The translations under genes and the position numbers were made by a program. Shown here one piece after another: positions 28,831 through 38,999 of a DNA stretch of 64,000 nucleotides (position 1 is the first letter of the stretch; every line of letters starts with the position of its first letter). The notes beneath the pieces were generated by a model. That model had not been told where the DNA came from, did no database searches, and saw nothing but the letters and a program-made list of their open reading frames with translations. Location of the stretch: positions 228,724-292,723 of IMG/VR virus record IMGVR_UViG_3300032053_000002; one strand, given 5' to 3'.

Positions 28831-29276
28831 TACTCCAAATCATTATATGATGCCTTGGAAGCTTTATAAATATCATCGAATAACTCCAATTCGTTTTTGT
28901 CTAACACACTGGTTAAAATCGTCTTCAATTCTTTTATGGTTGCGGTTCTTTCCTTGCCTTCTTTTTGTTTACTAAGAGTGAGAACCAACTCTTTGAATTT
29001 GTTATTCTTTTTCAATTTTTCTACAGCACTTTTAACAGTTTCCCGATTTTTCTTCGCTAACGCTCTAACTTTCATATTACCAAATTTGTCTTTCAACGTG
29101 TCAAGTCCCATAAGAGCACCGAGTCCAAGCACTTTAAGAAGGCCCAATCCAGCAATTGACCCAACTACACCTAATACGATATTAAGCGCCAATCCCAAAT
29201 CTTCATTTATTTTTTGTTTATACAAATAAGAGTCGATCTCTTCTTTTATAATCCGTTTTAATTCTGATTTTTTCAT
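28830..29276 (-). CDS. MKKSEL-leader protein with hydrophobic segment
   Basis: MKKSELKRIIKEE...INE then LGLALNIVLGVVGSIAGLGLLKVLGLGALMGL. Confidence 0.75.
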   Translation of the reverse strand: MKKSELKRIIKEEIDSYLYKQKINEDLGLALNIVLGVVGSIAGLGLLKVLGLGALMGLDTLKDKFGNMKVRALAKKNRETVKSAVEKLKKNNKFKELVLTLSKQKEGKERTATIKELKTILTSVLDKNELELFDDIYKASKASYNDLE

Positions 29277-29299
29277 TTTGTTACTCCTTATATTAAATA

Positions 29300-29674
29300 T
29301 TAAACCCAGACCGTGCGTTTTTTATAAAGGTCAAATAGAACCGCCGCTATTTCCGCTCTAATCAGACTCTTTATCTCTTCATAATCCGCACTATCTAATA
29401 CCTCGTTTAGTTTTTCGCCTTTTTTTGTATTCGTATTTTCATATACTACTAAAGTATTTTTGTTAAGTTCTGCGGCGACATCTTGACCATCATACCAGGT
29501 AAATCCACTAACTTCTTTTTCTTCTTTTCCATATTTTACTTTTAGTTTTTCTAAATATTTTTCAGCTTCCGCTTTATCTTTTACACGAACCATAATTTTT
29601 CCTTTTAATGGAAATCCCTTGAATTCTTTTAAGATTTCATTTTTAATTATTTTCGCAAGTTCCAATTTTTTCAT
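29300..29674 (-). CDS. Hypothetical protein with leader variant
   Basis: MKKLELAKIIKNEILKE after GGAG RBS. Confidence 0.7.
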   Translation of the reverse strand: MKKLELAKIIKNEILKEFKGFPLKGKIMVRVKDKAEAEKYLEKLKVKYGKEEKEVSGFTWYDGQDVAAELNKNTLVVYENTNTKKGEKLNEVLDSADYEEIKSLIRAEIAAVLFDLYKKRTVWV

Positions 29675-29704
29675 CCGGTATTCTCCAATAATCAATCAAA
29701 GACT

Positions 29705-30055
29705 TTATTTTTTTACCTTTATCCTCGTAAATTCGGAACAATTTCCCCAAAATTTTTCAATTAGTCGATCTATTTGCACCGATAATTTACGTATCTCTTT
29801 ATAATCCGCTACCAATTTATCATAGTCATCGCGATTTAATATTCTCTTTATTCTAGTCAAGTTGCTTGCAAAATATTCAGTTCCTGTTTCAAGTGAAATT
29901 GATTTTTCATTTAGTATTTTCACGCTTTGCATAAATCCTTTCACAACAAATTTAATATTTTTTATATGATCTCCAACTCCGTGTAAAAAAAAGTTATCGG
30001 CGGCATTAACTTCAATTTCTTCCCTAATTATTTTTTTTAATTCTGATTTTTTCAT
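29705..30055 (-). CDS. Hypothetical protein with MKKSEL leader
   Basis: MKKSELKKIIREE. Confidence 0.75.
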   Translation of the reverse strand: MKKSELKKIIREEIEVNAADNFFLHGVGDHIKNIKFVVKGFMQSVKILNEKSISLETGTEYFASNLTRIKRILNRDDYDKLVADYKEIRKLSVQIDRLIEKFWGNCSEFTRIKVKK

Positions 30056-30072
30056 TTAGTATTCTCCGGCAA

Positions 30073-30327
30073 TCAATCAAAGATTTTCTTTTTGTTGGCG
30101 TTGAGTGCGTTTTTAATGACTTTTAGCACAAACTCTACATTCACGTGCGACCCACCAACATTATAGCTTGTCGCCAAGTCCTGAACGGTATAATGAACCT
30201 TTTTAATAAAGTCGTCTTCCAGTGAATAATCTTTTCCGACTTCTTTTATAGTGTAAATCAAAGAACGATCATACGCATCTCTTTTTCCCAGAAGTTTATA
30301 CCATTCTCGCATCGTCATTTTTCCCAC
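30073..30327 (-). CDS. Hypothetical protein
   Basis: 84 aa; WYKLLGK leader variant. Confidence 0.65.
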   Translation of the reverse strand: MGKMTMREWYKLLGKRDAYDRSLIYTIKEVGKDYSLEDDFIKKVHYTVQDLATSYNVGGSHVNVEFVLKVIKNALNANKKKIFD

Positions 30328-30337
30328 GGCGACTCTC

Positions 30338-31138
30338 CTAATAAAATTTTTTAATCTTTGTAATTATTCGCCCCATTTTTTCTTCTATTCGCTGTAATGC
30401 GCGATGACTTTGTTTCCAGTAATCTCCGGAATCCAATTCTGATTCTGTTTTCAATCGTAAGTTTATATCAATCATATCGTCTATTTCGCATAGATTGTCG
30501 CGGATCATTCGTAAAGAATAACCAAGTTTTTGTTTTGGAGTCAGAGTAGAATCTTCTTTGAATTCTCTGTAGCGACCCTCAGCAATTTTATTTTCGTTTT
30601 TTGATGCATCCTTATACATTTGAATTGTATATAATCCAACACTCCCGGTTTTCCAACCCTGTTTTTGTAATTTTTCGGCTTCCTTAAATCCTTTTTCAGA
30701 ACGCAGGTCAATTGTTTTATATTGTATGGCTTCATTTATAGATTCAGCAACATGCGCGGAAGCTAAACTATAAACAAACGATTCTAATTCGTGCGGGGAA
30801 ACTTTAAGTTTTTCGGCAAGCGCGTGAACCTTCTCATCAGGGATTTCTTTACCATTGTATTGTTTCAGAAGAGACATTACTTCATCTTTCGCCTCTTTAC
30901 TAACCACTTCATTCATTTTATCCGGTTTATCAACGTCACCGATCACTTCCCAATCAGTCGCCGTATCTTTGGCCTTTTTCTTGCCCCATTTTTTCGCCTT
31001 TTCAGGATCCATCGGGCCGGTAAATGCGTATGGCGTGTTATATCCAGCAACATCTCCGGTTTGCGTAACTTCTTTTAACAATTCATCTATAAGTTCGCGA
31101 ATGATGTCGCGAAGTTTTTGTTCAGTGAGTTTTGCCAT
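30338..31138 (-). CDS. Hypothetical multi-module head-cluster protein
   Basis: MAKLTEQKLRDIIRELIDELLKE...GYNTPYAF; modules punctuated by xNE. Confidence 0.75.
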   Translation of the reverse strand: MAKLTEQKLRDIIRELIDELLKEVTQTGDVAGYNTPYAFTGPMDPEKAKKWGKKKAKDTATDWEVIGDVDKPDKMNEVVSKEAKDEVMSLLKQYNGKEIPDEKVHALAEKLKVSPHELESFVYSLASAHVAESINEAIQYKTIDLRSEKGFKEAEKLQKQGWKTGSVGLYTIQMYKDASKNENKIAEGRYREFKEDSTLTPKQKLGYSLRMIRDNLCEIDDMIDINLRLKTESELDSGDYWKQSHRALQRIEEKMGRIITKIKKFY

Positions 31139-32031
31139 TATTTTTTCTCCCCAACGACTTTTTTAATCTCTCTTAGCAATTCGTAATAACGCATCAACTG
31201 TAAAATTTGACTTTCCTTAACCACTTTTCCGTGTTTTACTTTTTCAATATGTTTGATAACTTCATCCACTTTTATTTTTATCGCCTTGTCGTCTATTTTT
31301 GGCGACAATTTAAGTAAAGACGTTTTAACTTTGTCGGCTGATAAATCAACATATTCGCGAAAATGTTTTGTATCTGATACATTGTAAATATATTCACGCA
31401 GCAATGCTTTTTGCTCCGCTTCCAGCCCATTATATTTTTCGTTGAATTTATCAAGCATAATTTTATACGCAAGAGCGCGAAGATCATCGTTCTGTTTCTG
31501 GAATTCTTCTAAAACACTGGATTCTTCTTCGGTAAGAAGTTTTGGGGGAGACGTTATCGTTTTTCCAGTAATATATTCAATTAAATTATGGCGGCACTTT
31601 ACTATTTCAGATGGTGCCAAGTCCCCCTTTTCATTTGTCGCCGCTTCAAATAGTTGATATATCGAGGCGAAACTTTTGTAATTCGGGATCTTGTTGCTAA
31701 AAAATGATTCTATATCATACCGATTTTTTATTTCTTTTATTAGTTCATATTTTTCTTTACGCAATTTAACCGTACTAATTTTTTTTCTGGCGTCAATGGT
31801 TTCCTGTATCAGTTCTTTCGCCTTATCTTCTGAATTGAATTTCGTGTCCGTCAATCCACGGTATAACTGCAACTCTCTTGCTAACGTAGTATTTTTACCA
31901 AAATACTTTTTGATAAGTTTAACCGCTACGGAATCATTATTTTCATTTAGGACATCGGCCGTGGTTTGTCTGATTAATAACTCAAATAAAATTCCCGTAT
32001 TTCTGTATTTTGAATGTTTTATGCGTGTCAT
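31138..32031 (-). CDS. Hypothetical protein next to portal (probable head morphogenesis)
   Basis: MTRIKHSKYRNTGILFELLIRQ; AAGGAG RBS; position only. Confidence 0.75.
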   Translation of the reverse strand: MTRIKHSKYRNTGILFELLIRQTTADVLNENNDSVAVKLIKKYFGKNTTLARELQLYRGLTDTKFNSEDKAKELIQETIDARKKISTVKLRKEKYELIKEIKNRYDIESFFSNKIPNYKSFASIYQLFEAATNEKGDLAPSEIVKCRHNLIEYITGKTITSPPKLLTEEESSVLEEFQKQNDDLRALAYKIMLDKFNEKYNGLEAEQKALLREYIYNVSDTKHFREYVDLSADKVKTSLLKLSPKIDDKAIKIKVDEVIKHIEKVKHGKVVKESQILQLMRYYELLREIKKVVGEKK

Positions 32032-32102
32032 TTAGTTACTCCTTAATTATTAGATTATTTTAAATCTAAATTCACTACCAATAAATATATTACCGAAATC
32101 TT

Positions 32103-35100
32103 TTACTCATCATTTTCATTATTATTTACTTCTTTATTTTCTTTAGGTTTAGTTTTTGATTCTGAAAAGAAGTCTTTTAATTTGATTTCAAAATCGCCCT
32201 CAAATTCTTTTAGAATATCAGGTTTTGAAGTGGTGATAAGTCTTCTTCCCAAAACGGCTTCAGCGTGTTTTAACCTTCTGCTCAGGTGCTTATTTTTGTT
32301 TGCGTCATAATTTAGCTGAGTATCCAACTTTAATATCTTTTCATAATCTCGCTGCCCAAGTGGGTCGTCTCCAAACGGTTCATCCTTGTCGCGAGTTCTA
32401 AGTTTTTTTCCACGGCGACCATCATCGGATGGATTTACCGGTTCGTATTCTTCTTTCTTTTTATCTGCGGAACCACTACTTTCAGTCTTATCATAATTTA
32501 AATTAAACTTTTCATTTCTTCCCGCTTCATCAGTCTCTTCCCCGCCAAATGTCTGGTCTGTTTTCGCCGGGTCGTTTCCTTCGGTTTCTATTTGCGATAA
32601 CCTAAACGCTAATTTTGCGTCTTCTACTACCTGTTCTTTTTCTTCCGCAATTTCATCTTCCGTCATATTGAAAATATTTTTGTAAATCCAATATGTGCTT
32701 CTCATTTTTGTATCTTTCGCGTCTCTGGCGAGAGAAATTTTAGAGTTCCACAATTCAACCTTTTCTTGTTCGTAAATAATGCTCGGAATGGTCAGCTCCA
32801 ATTCAAAATCAACAAGGTCGCTCCCCTTAAATCCCTGAATGAATAAATGAACCAATGCAATTTTAGTCAGTTCAGAAATAATTACTTTTTGAAGTCGTTC
32901 AACAGTGCGACTAAACCGAACATCCTGGGATGCAAGAGTTGCTTTGCTATTATGCACAATCACTCCGGCGTCAGTTGCAAAATTAGAATACTCTTCTATT
33001 GTTATATCGCAAGTATTTTTTCGTTCAGTTAAAAACTCAACACTAACTACTTTATGATTTAATACGTATTTATGAATAAATCTTTTATTATTCATCGCCA
33101 ATAACATATTTTCGCAAATAAATGTTTCTTTATTGATGCCGAATCTGTCAAAAAGTTTGTATAATGTTTTAATGTCGGTGAGACCTAACCGATGTCTTAA
33201 TTCCTTAAATGATTTACTGTTTTTTGCAGCATCCAATAAGTTTTCATATTGTACTTTTGTATATTTTATATTATCAATTCTATCGTTGCCATAATCTTTG
33301 CAAGAACATTCAAATGAACAATACTTCCTATTTCTACCAAGTTCTGCCCAAAATTCTTTTCCGCAACATACACATTTTCTATTTTCTCCAGTTTTCATAT
33401 CATTATGATAACATTCATAACTACAGTATTTAGCATTTCTATCTCTATATGGGTAAGTATAAAATGACTTACCACACGATTCGCAATTAATATATTTTCC
33501 ACTTTTTTGACCTTTTTTAAGATTTTGATGGTATCGCCTATGCCCCCAATAATCCATCGAGCAATCAAAGTTTTCAGGATAATTATTTTCTTTTGTAAAA
33601 TCTTTATGATGAACCACACATCCGCTACCCTTTTTGACTAATCCATAATGTTCGGCAACAACTCTGTGTACTTCTTTGTATTTCTCATTATTTGGTTGAT
33701 AAACAGTGGAATACCCCCTATCAGTTTCATTCAAATACAACGGCATTAAACTTTGACCGACCAATAAGTCTTTCGCCTCGACCCATCTTCCATCGCGAGT
33801 CAGAAACTTATGGTCAGAAGTGCAATCAATATATTTTTCGTTATCTAATTTTACTCTTACCAATTCCGCATTTTTTCTAGTGAATCCGGCCCAAGTAATT
33901 TTTCCAGGAACAATGCTATTCGTTTTTTGGTTTATAGAATATGCATAATTAGTTATTCCATTTTCATAATCTTTGATAAGTTCCGCAACAGTTTTAGTTT
34001 TACCATTCAATAGAGGTATTTTTGTTTCAGGAACTATACAATTAAGCGCTTCTTCGTAGCCAAGAAAAGCTTTCGGAACTTTTAACGCGGCCATTAATTT
34101 ATCTTTTAAATACGCGATATCGTCTATCGCGTTATATTCAAGCCCCGCCAACGATTCGATAGAAGTCCCGCTATCTCCACCACGAACCGGTAAATAAAAG
34201 TCTTCCGTGATATTTTGCATATTAAATTTTAGGTTATATTCGCCAGTGGATTCGTCAATATACGGAATCTTTTTAACTTTATTCATAATCACTTCCATAT
34301 ACGCATCAACTTCGTTAGGCGCAAGATTTCCAACGTCTATTTTGAATACCCTTTTTTCTGGCGCACGCATAATACGATGAATAAGCATTGCGTCTTCCAT
34401 AAGTATAAGTTGTTTCCAGACTCGGCGAGCACCTTCTATTATCGAGTTATGTACCACAAATCCTTCAGCGACAAAATTGTGCAAACTATTATCTATCTGA
34501 ATATCATATACATCATCTTTTCCGATATATTCTATGCTTTGTACTTTTTCTACAGCATAATTTTCGCTGATTTTTTTATAGTCGCGAGATTTTTCTCTAA
34601 AAGTAAATAAACACATTCCTTTATTTTCTGATTTAGCACCCCAGGTGCGAGTAACCGAAAATCCCGCCTGGACTGCTAAGGCGCGGGAATCTTGCATCAA
34701 TTTATAATTCACAGTTCCGATTTGCCAAAGTCCTTCGCTAATATCACAACCATCGGCATCGGCAAATCCATACAAAAATTCTTTTTTGGTATTGGCATCT
34801 AATCTCCAAATCCACTCCGGAACTTCTTTATTAAAAGAACCTGTTATAAATCCCAACTGTTCAAATAATTTATAAAAATAAACAGAATTCACAACACAAG
34901 ATGAATCCGATTTCAACTCATTTGTTAATCTATAATTTATACCTAATTTTTCTATAAAATCTAAATACTTTTTGCTTTTATCTAGTCTGTCGCCAATAGA
35001 AAAACAAACTGTTTTATTTGACTTGTCTAACCAACCATCTCCAATCATAAAACCGAAAAATCTGACAAAATCATTAAAATTATCTTTTAATATGTTTTCA

Positions 35101-36125
35101 TCAATAATTTTTAATTTGGAATCGTATTTCCAATTTTCGCTTTCTTCCACTATCAACTTAGGATATGACTTTTCTATATTCGCAACTGGAAACATCAAAT
35201 GGTCGTTTACTGTAAGTTCAGAAACCAGTTTATATTTACCGTCTTCAGTCATTATTGGATGACTTTCAGTAGCATATAAAGTTTGATGAGCAGTTTTAAT
35301 TTTGTATATTTCCTTTCTTCCAGAATAAATAGTTTTTATAACACGAGATTTCAACAATTTTTCATCGTTATAATCAAACGAAAAAACTTCGTCGTTTTCT
35401 TCCACGTCTTTTATATTTTTAATTCCAGAAGAAGTCCAGACTTTACTGTCCCATCTTAAACATTTACCATACGGAAGAAAGTTACTATCACTATTCAGTC
35501 TAAAATGCGCAACCTGAAATTTTTCAAATTCCGCTTTTCCGGTCATTCCTTGTAAAACAAACTTCACCTCGTCGGGCTTTTTCGGGTCTATTCCTTCCAA
35601 CCGTGTCACTTCATAAACCGGAAGAGGCATTACTCCAGTTACACCATATTCTTTCGCCAAGTCCAAGTATAAAAAATAATCGCCATATTTGCACATTCCC
35701 CGAACCCACGTCGGTAAATTAAATTCTATATTCATTATATCGTAAAAAAGATTTTCTAACACTTCTCGAACACTTTTTGTTCCCGATTTTATTCTCAAAA
35801 TATATCCCATTTCATTTTTTAATGTGCTCTCTTCTGAGAAAACATCGAGTGCAGCAGATATAATTGCGTCCATATCCATAACTTCATAATCTCTAAACAG
35901 TTGCAATCTTGCAGCAGTAACTCCGTAGGGAGTTCCCTGGGCGAAAGTTCCATAACTTAGCGTAGAATACAAACGAGTGTATTTATCATTCATTCGTCTG
36001 TCGCCGATTTTCTGCACCGAGTCTATATCAACTACGCGCAGACGGCGACCACCGATGTTACGAACTACTACATCACTGGAAAAAAATCTTTTTAATCTAT
36101 TAAAAATGTTGTCATTAGTTGCCAT
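32103..36125 (-). CDS. Portal protein (T4 gp20-like) with two inteins
   Basis: FRDYEVMDMDAIISAALD, EDAMLIHRIMRAPEKRVFKIDVGNL, EDFYLPVRGG, DVRFSRTVERLQ; 637 aa after splicing. Confidence 0.95.
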   Translation of the reverse strand: MATNDNIFNRLKRFFSSDVVVRNIGGRRLRVVDIDSVQKIGDRRMNDKYTRLYSTLSYGTFAQGTPYGVTAARLQLFRDYEVMDMDAIISAALDVFSEESTLKNEMGYILRIKSGTKSVREVLENLFYDIMNIEFNLPTWVRGMCKYGDYFLYLDLAKEYGVTGVMPLPVYEVTRLEGIDPKKPDEVKFVLQGMTGKAEFEKFQVAHFRLNSDSNFLPYGKCLRWDSKVWTSSGIKNIKDVEENDEVFSFDYNDEKLLKSRVIKTIYSGRKEIYKIKTAHQTLYATESHPIMTEDGKYKLVSELTVNDHLMFPVANIEKSYPKLIVEESENWKYDSKLKIIDENILKDNFNDFVRFFGFMIGDGWLDKSNKTVCFSIGDRLDKSKKYLDFIEKLGINYRLTNELKSDSSCVVNSVYFYKLFEQLGFITGSFNKEVPEWIWRLDANTKKEFLYGFADADGCDISEGLWQIGTVNYKLMQDSRALAVQAGFSVTRTWGAKSENKGMCLFTFREKSRDYKKISENYAVEKVQSIEYIGKDDVYDIQIDNSLHNFVAEGFVVHNSIIEGARRVWKQLILMEDAMLIHRIMRAPEKRVFKIDVGNLAPNEVDAYMEVIMNKVKKIPYIDESTGEYNLKFNMQNITEDFYLPVRGGDSGTSIESLAGLEYNAIDDIAYLKDKLMAALKVPKAFLGYEEALNCIVPETKIPLLNGKTKTVAELIKDYENGITNYAYSINQKTNSIVPGKITWAGFTRKNAELVRVKLDNEKYIDCTSDHKFLTRDGRWVEAKDLLVGQSLMPLYLNETDRGYSTVYQPNNEKYKEVHRVVAEHYGLVKKGSGCVVHHKDFTKENNYPENFDCSMDYWGHRRYHQNLKKGQKSGKYINCESCGKSFYTYPYRDRNAKYCSYECYHNDMKTGENRKCVCCGKEFWAELGRNRKYCSFECSCKDYGNDRIDNIKYTKVQYENLLDAAKNSKSFKELRHRLGLTDIKTLYKLFDRFGINKETFICENMLLAMNNKRFIHKYVLNHKVVSVEFLTERKNTCDITIEEYSNFATDAGVIVHNSKATLASQDVRFSRTVERLQKVIISELTKIALVHLFIQGFKGSDLVDFELELTIPSIIYEQEKVELWNSKISLARDAKDTKMRSTYWIYKNIFNMTEDEIAEEKEQVVEDAKLAFRLSQIETEGNDPAKTDQTFGGEETDEAGRNEKFNLNYDKTESSGSADKKKEEYEPVNPSDDGRRGKKLRTRDKDEPFGDDPLGQRDYEKILKLDTQLNYDANKNKHLSRRLKHAEAVLGRRLITTSKPDILKEFEGDFEIKLKDFFSESKTKPKENKEVNNNENDE
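32949..34040 (-). mobile_element. Intein 2 in portal (HNH endonuclease + Cys-rich repeats), 364 aa
   Basis: N-terminus CIVPETKIPLLNG, block B DCTSDHKF, C-terminus GVIVHN followed by Ser; core VHRVVAEH...VVHHKDFTKENN. Confidence 0.92.
34446..35462 (-). mobile_element. Intein 1 in portal (LAGLIDADG endonuclease), 339 aa
   Basis: N-terminus CLRWDSKV, block B ATESHPI, FFGFMIGDG and FLYGFADADG, C-terminus FVVHN followed by Ser. Confidence 0.93.
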
Positions 36126-36144
36126 ATAATTCCTTTATTTTTAT

Positions 36145-36573
36145 TTATCCTTCGTCCATCGCGTCTATAAACTTATGAATATCTCTTGTCGTCTTTGGAA
36201 GTTTAGTTCCTGTAATGTCTTCAAATGCATCCTTCATAAAAGGCTGATTATAACGCAGGTGGCTTTTTAACCACCCCTTATTATTTGTTTCTATGTTTCT
36301 CGCCAACTGGCGATACATTGTCTCAACCGCATCTTTATTATTTTTTCTTACAAAATCTTCAACATCTTTTTCGGTATATTTAAGAGCATTTTTATCGCCA
36401 CGTTTTTGCGCTACGTTCAATTCTTTTTTCTTTAGCGCAAGTAAGTCATTCAGTTTCCAATAATCAATTTCATCTAGTTTATCATATAATTTATCAAACG
36501 ATTCTTTTAATTTTGATTCTCTAATTTTTTGTATCTCTTCTCTTATAATCCGTCTAAATTCTGATTTTTTCAT
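36145..36573 (-). CDS. Hypothetical protein with MKKSEF leader
   Basis: MKKSEFRRIIREEIQKIRESKLKES. Confidence 0.75.
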   Translation of the reverse strand: MKKSEFRRIIREEIQKIRESKLKESFDKLYDKLDEIDYWKLNDLLALKKKELNVAQKRGDKNALKYTEKDVEDFVRKNNKDAVETMYRQLARNIETNNKGWLKSHLRYNQPFMKDAFEDITGTKLPKTTRDIHKFIDAMDEG

Positions 36574-36576
36574 TTT

Positions 36577-36822
36577 TTATCTCCAAGTTTCCGCAGCTCG
36601 TTTCGCATCTTCTATGGTAGTATAATACTGCCCACCCTTATCATTTCCATTTTTATCCGTAACATTTAACAGCGCCGCTTCCCCAAGCGCATAATAACTT
36701 ATGTGATAATTATATTTATCATCTTTTGCTGATAATTCTTTTCCCATCTTTTTCCAAATTAAAGCCGATTCAGTTACTAATTTATTGTATTTAAGTATTT
36801 TATTCCAAAGTGATTTATCCAT
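36577..36822 (-). CDS. Hypothetical protein with MDKSLWNKIL leader
   Basis: 81 aa. Confidence 0.7.
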   Translation of the reverse strand: MDKSLWNKILKYNKLVTESALIWKKMGKELSAKDDKYNYHISYYALGEAALLNVTDKNGNDKGGQYYTTIEDAKRAAETWR

Positions 36823-36823
36823 T

Positions 36824-37189
36824 TTATTTTTCTCGCATAACTTCTTTTACTAACTCGCGAATAATGTCGCGAAGTTTCAATTCTTTTATCTTCATTTCAT
36901 CTCTTCTTTTACTGTCGCGAATAATCTGCGCATATTTGCTCCAATCGGGTGGAAGCACAGGTGTTCCATCATTCGGTAAATCTCTGAGAACCTTTACATT
37001 ATCTATCGTAAACCGTAGCAATTGCCCACCCGGCATTTTGCCGATTATACCTCTGTTCGTATTAAATGATCTCGCAAGTTTATTTTTTTCATCTGCCGGT
37101 ATAGGCATTTTTTCTATTCTAAAGTCTATTAGGCCAATACCCTTCGCATTATAAACGGCGTGCGGAGTCTCCAGTATTTGTTTATTCAT
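36824..37189 (-). CDS. Hypothetical protein with C-terminal KLRDIIRELVKE motif
   Basis: 121 aa. Confidence 0.65.
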   Translation of the reverse strand: MNKQILETPHAVYNAKGIGLIDFRIEKMPIPADEKNKLARSFNTNRGIIGKMPGGQLLRFTIDNVKVLRDLPNDGTPVLPPDWSKYAQIIRDSKRRDEMKIKELKLRDIIRELVKEVMREK

Positions 37190-37190
37190 T

Positions 37191-37373
37191 TCAATTTAAC
37201 TTTCTTTTTCCACTTTTCTTTTCTGCCAATAATATATTTTCCACATCTTCTATTGGTATTTGTAACGCATATCTCATTTTTTCCTTTATTGACCAGTGTT
37301 TGTTTTTCACCTCGTTCCAGCGTTTTTTAGTTTCTTTAGTCATTTGCACTTTTTCAACAGTAAAAACATCCAT
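37191..37373 (-). CDS. Hypothetical protein
   Basis: 60 aa, GGAG RBS. Confidence 0.55.
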   Translation of the reverse strand: MDVFTVEKVQMTKETKKRWNEVKNKHWSIKEKMRYALQIPIEDVENILLAEKKSGKRKLN

Positions 37374-37389
37374 CTTATTTCTCCATTTT

Positions 37390-38988
37390 TTATAAATATT
37401 CTTTCAAATCTATTCTAGTTTTTCCCACGCCATAGTCAAATGGGTTTACCCGCAAATCCGTGGATTTATAGACGCCGTCATAAGAAACTTTTCCTATCCT
37501 GCCTAAAACAATTTTTGTCAGCTCAATTCCCTGGGTTTTTAACTTTAACGCTGTGTCGCGAACCCATAATAATATACCCAACGACATAACCAGATCATCA
37601 TTTCTTCCCGTCATGGCTTCAGCTCGCCCATCTTTCCAAATAAATGTTTCTAATTCGTTTATAGTTCGTATTGAACGAACAATTATTTCTCTATCTAAAA
37701 AATATCTTTCTACTTTTGAAATAAGCAACGGACGAGTTCTCATCGTGGTCGCGAAACCAGGTTTCATTTTTTTCTCTTCCCGATGTATTTTATTTTTAAT
37801 TTGGTGAGTCGTATCAACATATTTTAGATCTTCCGTAGAATAGAAAACGTTCGGATAATTCAGATTAATAATTTCCTGCAATGTTCCCCAACCGAGATTT
37901 TCTCTTTCCACAACTATCATCGCGTTATTATATGTTATCCCGAGACTGGCGAGTAATCTTCCAAATGCGCGAGTGTCTATTTTCCCCCGATATTCCGCTA
38001 CTTGTATTACATTTTCCACATCAAAAACTTGCGCGGCGGAAAAATCAGACCCGTCTCCGCGAGCAACGTCCGCCGATATTACATATGCTTTAGTATAATC
38101 TGGATAATCCCAGATCCATAATCCGTTATCAATTCCGCTTTTTTCTTTCGGTTCGGCTACGTGAGTCGCCTTATAGAACTGAAGTATTCCCATATCCACG
38201 ACAGTATTTCCAGATGTTAAGAAATCTGCGTCGCACTCTTGCGCGGCCTTTCGTTTTCCGAGTTTAAGGTCTTGCTCATCTCTCCACATCTGATCTCGTT
38301 CTGGATGCACGTACCACGGCAACTTCATCGTCGCAAACCCGTTTATCCCGTCTTCAGCGTCTGTCCACATTTTATGAAACCAGTTACCGATACCATTCGG
38401 TGTTGAAAGAACGATACAATCTCCACCTGTCGCCAACGTTTGTTGAGCGGCGACCCATATTTCGTCAATGTATTCTATGAATGCGGCTTCGTCTAAAATT
38501 AGCAGAGACAAGGCTTCAGAACGACCGGCGGTCGGAGAAGAAGAAATTGCTTTAACAATTGAACCGTTACTTAACGCTAAAGACATTTTGTTGTTTTCAG
38601 TTTCAACCGTTTTTAACCATCCGGGCAAGTTATCATACATAACTCGTATTTTTGTAATCATATTTTTGGCGACATCTCGTACTGTTGCAATAACTAAAAT
38701 GTTTTGATCCGACTTGAAAAGGATTCTCCACAATGCGTATCCGGCCGTTAAAGTGGATAACCCCAACTGGCGAGATTTCAGAATTAAATTATAACGATTC
38801 TTTTTAATTTCTTCTAGAGTTTTTTCCTGAAACGGGAATAAAATGAACGGTATTTTCCCAGCACTTACGGGATGTTGTATTTTCGCATATTTTTTTAAGA
38901 AATAGGCGGTATCCACAGAACATCGTTTGTATTCTTCGGCAACAATATCTTTTAGTGACTTTGCTACTATGGGTAATGTTTCATTCAT
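37390..38988 (-). CDS. Terminase large subunit (T4 gp17-like)
   Basis: Walker A LKSRQLGLST, Walker B LLILDEAAF, STPNG, nuclease ADVARGDGSDFS and DDLVMS. Confidence 0.95.
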   Translation of the reverse strand: MNETLPIVAKSLKDIVAEEYKRCSVDTAYFLKKYAKIQHPVSAGKIPFILFPFQEKTLEEIKKNRYNLILKSRQLGLSTLTAGYALWRILFKSDQNILVIATVRDVAKNMITKIRVMYDNLPGWLKTVETENNKMSLALSNGSIVKAISSSPTAGRSEALSLLILDEAAFIEYIDEIWVAAQQTLATGGDCIVLSTPNGIGNWFHKMWTDAEDGINGFATMKLPWYVHPERDQMWRDEQDLKLGKRKAAQECDADFLTSGNTVVDMGILQFYKATHVAEPKEKSGIDNGLWIWDYPDYTKAYVISADVARGDGSDFSAAQVFDVENVIQVAEYRGKIDTRAFGRLLASLGITYNNAMIVVERENLGWGTLQEIINLNYPNVFYSTEDLKYVDTTHQIKNKIHREEKKMKPGFATTMRTRPLLISKVERYFLDREIIVRSIRTINELETFIWKDGRAEAMTGRNDDLVMSLGILLWVRDTALKLKTQGIELTKIVLGRIGKVSYDGVYKSTDLRVNPFDYGVGKTRIDLKEYL

Positions 38989-38999
38989 TTATTTTTCTC

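Noticed and set aside
32050-32069. TTAGATT/AATCTAA inverted repeat between portal and the next gene
   Set aside because: A short, AT-rich stem with no U-tract, which is expected by chance at this composition.
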